A stretch of DNA of 64,000 nucleotides from Octopus sinensis (lineage: Eukaryota): the NCBI RefSeq assembly GCF_006345805.1, contig NC_043002.1:48980001-49044000 (forward strand), read 5' to 3'. Each line of letters starts with the position of its first letter. Position 1 is the stretch's first letter. Both the position numbers and the translations under genes were made by a program. This document shows positions 24,464 to 34,917 of the stretch, piece by piece. The notes beneath the pieces were generated by a model. It made no database searches and had not been told where the DNA came from. It saw only the letters and a program-made list of their open reading frames with translations.

Positions 24464-25653
24464 AACGGGAAGCTTTATGAAAATAAACAAAAGACGAAGG
24501 CAGGCGGAAAACAAACGAACAATTGTATTAGTATGGCGCTCAGTAAATATAAATAAAACAAGTCTTTAACATTTCGAGCCTACGCTCTTCAACAGAAAGA
24601 TACACATAGAGAGAAAAACACAGAAAGAAGGAGATAAAAAAAATGCGTGCAGTAGCTAACGAATCAACATGGCGATCTGATTTCGGCCAGAGGTCAAAGA
24701 TCAAACATGAGACGCGAGAGCGAAATAAGGGGAGATAATAGGGTTGATAAAAGGGTTGAGGGACCAGCTAAAAGTGCGTGGGAGGGGTCTGGATGTGTGT
24801 ATGTATAGGGTTGGTGTATGTATTAGTATGTATAAGGGTGTGTGTGTATGAGAGAGTATTAGTGCGTAAGATTGGTCTGGACGTGCGTATGTATGGGGTT
24901 GGTGTATGTATTAGTATGTATTAGTATGTATTAGTACGTATTGGTATGTATAGGTGTGTGTGTGTGTGTGTGTGAGAGAGTATAAGTGCGTATGCGGGGT
25001 CTGGACGTGTGTATGTATAGGGTTGGTGTAAGTATTAGTATGTACTGATATGTATTAGTACGTATTAGTATGTATTAGTTGGTGTGTGTATTAGTATGGC
25101 ACATCATATGTGATGTGATGTGTAAAGTCATGTGGTGTAGTGAGGAGAAGAGGGGGAGGGGGAGAAGAGGGGGGTAGAGAAGGCGAGGGGAAGAAGAGGG
25201 GGAGGAGAAGGGGGAAGAGGAGAGGATGGGGGAGAAGGAAGGGGAGGAGGGGGATGAAGGAGGAAAGAGGGAGAGGGGGAGAGAGGGAGTGAGGGAGCAG
25301 AGGGAAGGGGAAGAGGGAGGGAGAAAGAGGGAAGAAGGGAAGGGGAGTAGGGGTGAAAGGATGAAGGACTGAAGAAGTAGGGGTCGGGGGGAGAAAGGAT
25401 AGGTGAGGAGGGGGAGAGGGGGGGGTTAGATGAGAAGGGGGGGAGAGTTGAGACCAAATGGCGTATAAGAGCGAAGAGAGAAGATTAATTCCTGTTCACG
25501 GCGCAAACGGGAATCCGGATGGCCTCTGTGTAAGGACAAACCGAACACAGATAGGTGTTGCAAGGAGTGACCGGTGGAGCGGAAATGGCGTGAGACCGGT
25601 GTGTCGTTCGCAAGGTGGATGTCACGAAGGTGTTCCGCGAACCGGTCAGCCAA
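24464..25653 (-). mobile_element. 5'-truncated Penelope-like element: GIY-YIG C-terminus plus long 3' region
   Basis: Minus ORF 25653-25426 (L/M)ADRFAEHLRDI..PVSRHF..GHSLQHLSV..RLRREQELIFSL..PFGLN is the RxxEH..HF..E..I..L..P.GLN tail of PLE GIY-YIG endonucleases. It is followed by a polypyrimidine tract, tandem repeats and a hammerhead-like motif. (TA)n on both sides. Confidence 0.85.
24563..24600 (-). ncRNA. Minimal type I hammerhead-ribozyme-like motif (variant core)
   Basis: Minus strand: UCUUU-CUGUUGA-A-GAGC(GUAG)GCUC-GAAA-UG-UU-AAAGA. Stem I UCUUU/AAAGA, 4-bp stem II, GAAA and a UH triplet appear in the correct order. Confidence 0.6.
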
Positions 25654-25670
25654 TATATATATATATATAT

Positions 25671-26390
25671 ATCATCATCATCATCATCATCATCTTTTAG
25701 CATCTGTTTTCCATGCTAGCATGGGTTGGACAGTTCAACTGGGGTCTGTGAAGCCGGAAGGCTTCATCAGGCCTAGTCAGATCTGGCAGTGTTTCTACGG
25801 CTGGATGCCCTTCCTAACGCCAACCACTCTGTGAGTGTAGTGGGTGCTTTTTACGTGCCACCTGCACAGGTGCCAGACAGAGCTGGTAAACGGCCACGAA
25901 CGGATGATGCTTTTTATGTGCCACCAGCACAGGGGCCAGGCAAGGCTGGCAACGGACACGAACAGATGGTGCTTTTTATGTGCCACTGGCACGAGGCCAG
26001 TCGAGGCAGCACTGGCAACGGTCACGAACGGATGGTTCTCTTACATGCCACCGGCACTGGTAACACATCTGCAATTTCCATTGATCGATTTCGATTCTGA
26101 TCCTCACTTGCCTCAACAGGTCTTCACAAGTAGAGTTTTGTGTCCCAAGAAGGGAAGGTATGCATACGTAGGCTGGCTCCATCCCATGTAGAAGGCCATG
26201 GGTTATGGTCTCACTTGTCCTGCCGGGTCTTCTCGTGCACAGCACACTTCCAGATGTCTCGGTCTCTAGTCATTTCCTCAGTGAGACCTAAAGTTCGAAG
26301 GTCGTGCTTCACCACCTCTCCCCAGGTTTTCCTGGGTCTGCCTCTTCCACAGGTTCCCTCAACCGCTAGGGTGTGCCACTTTTTCACACT
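25671..26390 (-). mobile_element. 5'-truncated RTE LINE (ORF C-terminus, 3' UTR, (GAT)n tail)
   Basis: Minus strand VKKWHTLAVEGTCGRGRPRKTW/EVVKHDLRTLGLTEEMTRDRDIWKCAVHEKTR contains the GxRxRGRPxxTW motif of RTE C-termini; the 3' UTR has about 62-bp tandem units. Confidence 0.9.
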
Positions 26391-26398
26391 TTTTCATA

Positions 26399-26429
<31 letters not shown>

Positions 26430-26430
<1 letters not shown>

Positions 26431-26600
26431 ATTAGGGAATAAATCCAAACTTACAGGGAAAAATTAGATTTAGGATTAAATCCAATTTTATAGTATAAAT
26501 ATATTATATTATATTATATTAAATTAGAGATAAAACCACTATTAGGCAAATCAAACAGTGAAAAACATAAGCCAATACATAGAATTAATTTAAAAATATA
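26430..26600. mobile_element. Unclassified AT-rich interspersed repeat
   Basis: Blocks TTAGGGAATAAATCCAAACTTACAGGGAAAA and AATTAGAGATAAAACCACTA..CAAACAGTGA..ACATAAGCCAATA recur at 54500-54740. Confidence 0.5.
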
Positions 26601-27293
26601 AAAGTTAAAAATAAAAAATTATTTAAATAATTTAAACTTATAAATTTTATATATATATACAAATATATATATATATATGTATGTATGTATATTTTTATAT
26701 AATATATATTATTTTATTTATTAATTAATTAATTAATTAATTTATTTATATATTTTTTTTAAATATCAAAAGTATTAAAAGTTTAATATATATATATATA
26801 TATACTTTATTTGTGTATTAAGACTACCGTTATTAACACTACACAAATAAGGGATCTATCTCCACCAATGTGGTGTTGGGCACTCATTCTCATCGTTCAA
26901 TATTTGTGTGTGTGTGTTACTGTGTCTTTGCCTTGGCATTATGTCATAGTTGTATGTGACACCAGAATGCAAGTGGTGTCCTTCATTTCCTGTCTTCCAT
27001 GTCTGGTAATGGGAAAATATTACCTTACTTGAAAATAGGCAAAGGTTTGTAATGGGGGCTAGGGGCGTCCAAATGTAGAAAATCCATTTCGGCAAATTCT
27101 ATTTGACCTATTGAGAAGTGGATGTCAAATTGATGATGATGATTAGGTATCAGATTAAGGTTACTGGACTACTGACCTGATGATCATGACTTCTAATCTT
27201 GCAACGCCTATCAAAGTATGTGTCTCTGTCTGTTCTAGTCTGCCTAACTGATAGAAAACAGGTTCCATTTTTATTTCAGCATTAAGTGTTTAA

Positions 27294-27514
27294 CCCTTTA
27301 GTGTTCGCATTATTCTACCAAGATTAATACTTTTTAATCCACATTGTTTTGAACTAATCATGCATTATCTTGTAACTATGAGAATTTGATGAGGCAGATG
27401 TTAATTTTTAAAACGATATTGTAGGATTGGTGTGAGAGACCAGATCTGGCCAGTTTGAACATAGAACAGGCAGAATACTTCTGGCCGGATATGGCTGGTT
27501 TAAATGCTAAAGGG
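27294..27514. mobile_element. piggyBac-like MITE (family 2)
   Basis: TTAA|CCCTTTAG ... CTAAAGGG|TTAA; internal sequence shared with 38395-38614 and 48710-48927. Confidence 0.85.
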
Positions 27515-28384
27515 TTAATGCTTAAAAGACATTCTGTTGTAGATATTGTTACTTTCCACCTCTAAAGAAAATTAATTTTCCAAACATTTAGAATTGGGAG
27601 TATAATAGTAAAAAGAACTTATAAAGACATGTGAGGTGTCATAAGATTGCTGATGGTTGAAAGGCAAGTAATAATCCTTTCTACCATAGGCAAAATGCCT
27701 GAAATTTTGAGGGATGGGGTCAAGTTGATTACATCGACCCCAGTGATCAACTGGTACTTATTTTGTCAACTCTGAAAGGACGAAAGGCAAAGCTGACCTT
27801 GGCAGGATTTGATCTCAGAACATAAAGACATGGAATGTCATTAAGTACTTTGTCTAGTACTTTGTCTATTGGCTTACTGCTTTTGAATGGCAAGTAATAA
27901 TACATGACAAAAGTGATTGATAGTTCAACCAATCTTGGTTGATGGTACCCATATTGGGAACTATTTACTGCAATTAAAAACAGATTGTCTGGAAATTAAT
28001 TGAAATGTTCTAATATATATTGCTTGCTAGTGAATATCAAAACAATATGAATAATATCAATGAAATATGATACATTTGGGAAGAAGAGAAATGAAGATCA
28101 AGAAGTTTAACAAGATAAAAGTAATCCAAAACTCTTATGTAATATTGATAAGTTGTCATAATCATTGTTTTGAAGTTGTAGCTAGTGAAATCTCCAGTCA
28201 TCTTGTATGTTTTATAACTGCAAATCTATGGTAGATGTCGAAGTAAATTCTATTATTTCACTGTCTGGAATTATGTATAGGGTAGAATTTAGAATACCTA
28301 AATTTGGTGGCTGTTTTAGATTCAGAACTGTGTTTGGCAAATAAATCTTGAGATATCAATAACACAATAATGCATACATACACA

Positions 28385-28600
28385 TCATCATCATCATCAT
28401 TGTTTAACGTCCATTTTTCATGCCAGCATGGGTTGGACGGTTAGACTGAGGACTGGCAAGCCAGGAGGCTGCACTAGGCTCCAATATGATTTGGCAAAAT
28501 GTTTCTACAGCTGGATGCCCTTTCTAATGCCAACCACTCTGAGAGTGTAGTGGGTGCATTTTACGTGCCACTGGCATGGGAGCCAGTCAGGTGGCACTGG
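28385..28600 (-). mobile_element. RTE 3' UTR fragment
   Basis: (CAT)n then TGTTTAACGTCC..CCAGCATGGGTTGGACGG..GTTTCTACAGCTGGATGCCCTTTCTAATGCCAACCACTC. Further fragments near 17785-18040, 30455-30620, 33570-33675, 42960-43280 and 63470-63620. Confidence 0.8.
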
Positions 28601-31187
28601 CATATACATACATACATAAATAAATACATACATACATACATATATATATATATATACATGTATATAATTTGTTTTTACTCTTCATGCGTGTAAGTAACTT
28701 TCAACCTTTATATTATATTTGTTTTGATGTGACTGATGTTCGGTTTCTATCAAGTTATATAAGTTTCTAATTGTTAACCAGATTAAATAACATGTAAAAC
28801 ACCAAATAGTGAGATGTTAGGGAGAGTAAGGTACACAGGGAAGTTTGTTCAAGACTTAAAGAATGAAAAAATAAAGGAAATCAATTTTAAGAATTTGTCA
28901 AAGCAATGGAAACAACAATATTAAAAAATATAACTAAAGATATAACCCATCAATGTGAAATATTTTTTTATCTTTTACTTAGCTTAGACATTGGACTACA
29001 TCCATGCTTGAGCACTACATCGAAGAGTTAGTTGAATGGATCAACACCAGTACTTATTTAGTAAGGCTGACGCCTATCCTATTGGACTCTTTTGCTGAAT
29101 CAGTAAATTATGAGGATGTAAACAAACCAACACTGGTTGTCAAATGATGGTGGTGATTGCAAAACATAAAGACATACGTGAATACAGACATATATATATA
29201 GAATGGACTTTCACATGGTTTTTTTTTTTTATCTCAATCCACTCACTAGGCATTTATCAGCCCAGGGCAATAGCAGAAAAAATTTCAGCTCCGCTGCTCA
29301 AGGTACTGTGCAGTGGAACTGAGCCCAAACACTGGTGGTTGTAAAGTGAGTTTCTTAGACACACAGCCGTATCTGTTCTGTTCATTAATAATGATTTGAT
29401 CAGATTCTGTATTATAAGAGAGCAATGTATTAATAAGAAAGAAATTTTTAAAAATAGCAGAAGAAATCAGTGAGAGTGTTTACAGCATGAAGGTAAGCCT
29501 CCAACATCATTTGTTCTCTCTGTACATAAAACCATTTGTTGACTGATCCAGCAGGCTTGCATTTGACTACACTCTGCTGGAGAGGACCAATATGACTGAA
29601 ACATGACCATAGCTATCACTTTGCCAACAAACAAAAATCAAATTTGTTCCAAAACATGTAAATTAATTTTGTAATATTAATTCTTAATTTCTGAAAATTA
29701 CTGAAGGTGGCAAGATGGTGAAATTGTTAGCATCCTGGGCAAAATGTTTAGTGGCATTTTGTCTGTCTTTACATTCTAAGTTCAAATTCTGCTAAGTTGA
29801 CTTTGCCTTTCATCCTTTCAGGGTCGATAAAATAAGTACCAATTGATCACTGGGGTTGATGTAATTGAATTAACCTGCCCCCCAAATTGCTGACGTTATG
29901 CCAAAATTTGAAACCGATTTCTAGAAATTATCTCCCTTCTCTTTTCTTCAAGTGTTGCTAACATTTTCTGCCAAACTTTGCTTCTTTTTTCTTTAACCAA
30001 GAAGAAATTTCAATTAACTGAGAAGAACCCTGGTATTATGTAAACCAGTCCTCCTGTGCTTAAGGATTAAGTAGACCCTGTTCTTCAAGGATATTTTTAA
30101 GAAAGCATGAAACTAATAGAGTAAATTCTAAATAAATTGGCAGAAGGCAACAGAAACCACTTTTATATCTTTCTAAGAAAAATCATTAATCTTCAGATCT
30201 TTGCTTTGAAGCTCATGCTTACTGAGACCTACAAAGCAGAGTACATGAAGCAGGAGAGAGAGAAAGAATTTTTTGCATACATCATTCAATAGATGCAGGT
30301 ATTGCTGAATGGTTTAGATACCTGTCTCCCAACAATGTGGTTTTGGGTTCAGTCCCATTGTATGGCATCTTGGGCAAGTGTCTTGTGAGTGAATTTGGTT
30401 GATAAAACTGAAGAAAAGTTTGTCTTTCATAAAGATATAAAAAACACACTCTATAAAGTGGTTGGAATTAAGAAGGGCATTGAGTCACAGAAACCAGCTC
30501 AAATCTGATTGGAACCTTGTGCAGCTCTCCTGCTTGCCAGCTATAGTCAAACAAATACCAGCAAATAACAGCATGGAAAATGAACATTAAACGATGATGA
30601 TGATGATGATGATGATGATAAATATATATTAAAAAGTAAAAGGGATTAATAAATCAAGGTTGATCTCTATAAAGCATTCAGTGTTAAACAAATTTGGTTA
30701 ACTATATCAATCAATCAGATACTAATAAATTCAAGTAGAATTAACATCCAAGGTAATTTGTCATGTACATATATATGTGTGTATGCATGGATGTGTGTGT
30801 ATGTGTATGCTTGTGTGTACCATAGTATAGTCATCACATATTTGTAACTGAGCATCATCATAATCATCATCATTGTCATCGTCATCATCATACAAGTGAA
30901 ATTTTCTTTCATATTTTGCTATGCGAAAACATTACTTTGCTTGGAAATAGGTGTGGGTTGGTTATAGGAAAGGAATCTGACTGTAGAAAAATTGGCCTTA
31001 ACAAATTCCTTCTAACCCACATGTGTGGTAAAGTAAACATTAAATGATGATGATAATGATAATGATTTTGATCCTCATCCTTTTACAGACTTTCTTAAAT
31101 TCATGCTATACATACTCAAGTCATTTCCCTTATTTTTAAAAATCTTAGTGTTTAATGATGTGATAGAATAATGTACTTGAAAATGTA

Positions 31188-32337
31188 TGAGGTAGTATCA
31201 ACAGGCTCCTGGACAAGTTATGTTTAATAAAAAGTAACTTATTCACGTAAGTCTTAACATCATCTCCTTTGAAATAATCACCTTGTGCAGCAATACACTG
31301 GTCCCATGGTCCCAGGGTTCCTGCCACTTTTGGAATCTGACCTGGAAGTCATTTTCTGTAAATGCAGACTACAGCATACACGTAATCACAAAAACAACAA
31401 ATTTTTTAACTTGTGAAGTAAACACAGCAATATTGCTCAGCACACTGCCTCATGAAGGTCACTGTTAGCTCTCACTGTGCATACAACCATGTGCTGCCAT
31501 CTGTTGGCATGCTACTGAATGAGTGTCACCCCTGGTAATGTGGAGAAAATTCATCAGCTTGTGAATGAGAATCATCAGGGGACAATCAATGATATTGCTG
31601 ATGTTGGTCTGTCACATGAGTTCAAGCAGGCAATCTTAATGTCTAAATTGAACATGCAGTGTGTCTCTGTCCACCTGCTGACCACTGTGTAGAAAGAATA
31701 TCATGTCAAAGTCTGTAAAGATCTCCATCAGCATGTAACTGATGACCTATCCTGCATGTCAAGGACCATCACCAGTGATGAAAGTTGGATCTATGGGTAT
31801 GACCCTGAGATGAAGCAACAGTTGTCACAATGGAAGAGCCCTTCATCTCTATGATCAAAGAAAGTACCACAAAGCCGCAGCTCAATCAAGAGGATGCTCC
31901 TCATTTTTTTTAAACATCTGTGGTATTGTACATCGAGGATTTGTCCTCCAGGGCCAGACTGTCATTCAATAATTTTACTGCAATGTTTTGAAACATTTGA
32001 GGGAGAACATTTGGTGAAAGTGACTGGATCAGTGGAGCATGAAGAATTGGATTCTTACAAGTTTCTTCCCAAAAACAACATGGTATCACTTCCACACCTG
32101 CCCTATTCCCAGATTTAGCACCTGCAGACTTTTATCTCTTCCCCAAGATGAAAATGCAGCTCAAAGGTCGCCATTTAATATGATTTGTGTGATCAAGAGT
32201 GAATCACAGAAGGTCCTGGACTTCCAGGCCAGATTCCAAAAGTAGCAGGAATGCTGGAACCAGTGTATTGCTGTACAAGGTAACTAGTTGCTTCTTATTA
32301 AACATAGCTAGTCTGGGAACTTTTTGATACCACCTCA
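31188..32337 (+). mobile_element. Rearranged mariner relic with TIRs and TA TSD
   Basis: TA|TGAGGTAGTATCAACAGGCTCCTGGAC ... GTCTGGGAACTTTTTGATACCACCTCA|TA. Decayed transposase on the plus strand (SVTPGNVEKIHQLV.., ITSDESWIYGYDPEMKQQLSQWKSP, PYSxDLAPADFYLFPKMK). Confidence 0.9.
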
Positions 32338-32420
32338 TACACTCCATTTCAGTATGGAACACAGACATGATGATACACTCACATTCATTCACACACATGC
32401 ATGCACACACACACATGCAT

Positions 32421-32462
<42 letters not shown>

Positions 32463-32468
<6 letters not shown>

Positions 32469-33327
32469 GATGCGATGGGTGAATTGTTGGCAATTTATAT
32501 TTTTAATTTTGTGCATGTGCATTGTTTGCTTTTGATTTTTTTGACCACACAGTGTAGTAGGGTCGTCTGTGAGAAAAAACAGCACCATGGTGCAATTAGC
32601 TCTGCCAGAAATTTGGAAACAACATGGCATACAGCTTGGCATTCATGACAGAAGCTCCAATACAAACAGATGGTGAACACACAGAATGACCGTTGGCTTG
32701 CCGTGACCCTAAGACGTACTGAGAGTGATAAAAATCAAACAACCAGTCAACATCATGACGTTTGGAGTGATCACTAGCGATGGCAATGTTATACCCCCAC
32801 TCATCTCCTCACACAGCCTCAGACATAACACAGAGTCCAACATCAGGTACCTGGACGAGGGAGTGCTGCTCTGAGTCAAGAGTGAGGCTGCTGGAAGATC
32901 CTATGTCTGGCAACAGGACTCTGCACCATGCCACACAAGCAGGAGAACCCAGTTGTGGGTGTCAGACAATTTTTGTGACCACATCACCCCTAACTCCCCA
33001 GACTGCAACCCCCTTGATTATTATGTGTGTGGTGTAGTTGAGTGAAAGACCAACAAACCTCCTTGTTACTCCAAAGATGAACTGAAGGCAAAGATTATGG
33101 CAACATTCACCAACTTAAACAAGGAGACCATCCAGAAGGGTTGCAGGAGATTCCAAAGTCATCTGGAGGCTGTTGTTGAAGCTAATGGCAATTTTATTGA
33201 ATAAATTTACTCTTTAGTATTTCAAGATATTTTTATGTAATTTTGATAAATATATATGTTAAAATGAGATATCAGTGTTCTTTTCATTTTTGTGTAATTT
33301 AGTCAAGAGTTTGTTCATCGCGCCCTA
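32463..33327 (+). mobile_element. Internally deleted DD37D (maT-like) Tc1/mariner relic
   Basis: NTQNDRWLA..IMTFGVITSDG..YVWQQDSAPCHTSRRTQLWVSDNFCDHITPNSPDCNPLDYYV..LEAVVEANGNFIE*; imperfect termini (..GGATGCGATGG / ..TCATCGCGCCCT) in a TA or microsatellite context. Confidence 0.85.
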
Positions 33328-34172
33328 TATATATATATGTGTGTGCAAATATGTAAATAAATATATGTACATATGTATGTACTATGAATGTATGTATATA
33401 TATTTATATATACATATATATATGTATATATATCATTGTTAAAGAGAACAGCAAACATTAAGGCATGGCAAACGTCTCAAGTCATATACATTACTATTAT
33501 TGGAAAACAAAATTCTAAGTTTTCATTTTTGCATAATTTAGATGACAATATATTCACTGCGCTCTGTATATCATCATCATCATCATCATCATCATCATTT
33601 AGCGTCTGCTTTCCATGCTAGCATGGGTTGGACGGGTCAACTGGGGTCTGTGAAGCTGGAAGGCTTCGTCAGGCCCACACACACACATGCACAATATGCT
33701 TCTACACAGTGCTGCGCAGTCGAACTGAACCTGAAACTATGCTGTTGCAAAGAAAGCTCCTTAACCATACAACCATGCCTGCAACTATAGAGAAATCTTA
33801 AAATAACGAAAATGTGAGAAAAAAACTTATCTCCTTGGTGTAGTTCAGTTCTAACATATATTGTCATATTAATCATGCATAAGTCATCAACAGAGATTAA
33901 CTATTCCTGTTATGATTTGTAATATCAGTCAAATTATGTTCTTTGCTATTTTGTTCATTAAAAGATAGAACTAAATGCTCTATTCAAATCAGCATCAATA
34001 TACATATATATAGACAGACAGAAAGACAGACAGACAGACAGACATACTTACATATATATAAATATGTACAATTATATATACACATATATAATAGTTCATC
34101 AGTAGTTTAGTCTTTTTAAATATCCATTGTTAATTACTGTGTTTTGTGGATTTCTTATCTCATGTTGTTTAG

Positions 34173-34248
34173 ATTCTCTTCCACAAATGAAACAGTAGAT
34201 AAAGAAATCCACAGAATAAAACAACAAATGTTGATTACCGATATGCAT
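34173..34248 (+). CDS. Candidate internal exon (76 nt)
   Basis: ttcttatctcatgttgtttag|ATTCTC...GATATGCAT|gtaagt; one open frame, FSSTNETVDKEIHRIKQQMLITDMH (phase 2 to 0); lies in non-repetitive sequence. Confidence 0.35.
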
Positions 34249-34917
34249 GTAAGTATGTATGAATGTAGGTATGAGACATTGTCACGTCTGTTCTATCGAA
34301 GTAGGTACTAAGAAACCAGAGTTTGTTTATTAATATCATAAAATGTTGATAAGTGTAATAAAGCATTTTATTGTAGTATAGTTATGTGTTTTCACGATAA
34401 GGAGTCTGAATATTAAAGTTTATATCTAAATATATCAGTGGGATTTTTGTTTTTTTGTAATGATGTTATCTCAGCTATAAATGTTAGACATGACAATTCC
34501 ATTTTCTTTTTATATTTAGTACAGCAAGTTAGAGGATACTAAGTTCATAGTACTTATATAAACAATATACAGAAAAGGTAGAGTTTAAATATCAACTTTT
34601 GCCTGAAGTTGCACTTTTTGCAAGTGGTACAAATATGAATGAACGTATGAAGTTGTACTTACGATGAATTTGTAAGAAAAAATATATTAAGTATTCATTA
34701 TTGATGATGCACAATGTAGAAATGCATCAAATGTTCTCATTTGCCTCTACTGGAATGAATAGTTGTATTTAGGTAGGCATGTAAATTAGTATATTTTAGA
34801 GACTTAATTACTCAGAGACATCATCTGTACAGTTAACTATGGTTGACTGTAAAACTGCTTATTAAAAAGAATGGAATAAAAAAATTGATAGTAAAACATG
34901 AAAGCTTTGATCCATAA

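Noticed and set aside
25844-26065. Regularly spaced repeats resembling a CRISPR array
   Set aside because: Eukaryotic context, the intervals are homologous rather than unique spacers, there are no cas genes, and it is part of the RTE 3' UTR.
29700-29800. tRNA-like A/B boxes in SINE heads (many copies)
   Set aside because: No cloverleaf can be folded; they continue into SINE bodies and are not tRNA genes.
29458-30032. Small plus-strand exon candidates (29458-29492 EEISESVYSMK; 30002-30032 KKFQLTEKNP)
   Set aside because: The first has a purine-rich acceptor and the second abuts a decayed SINE; they chain only by choosing alternative sites.
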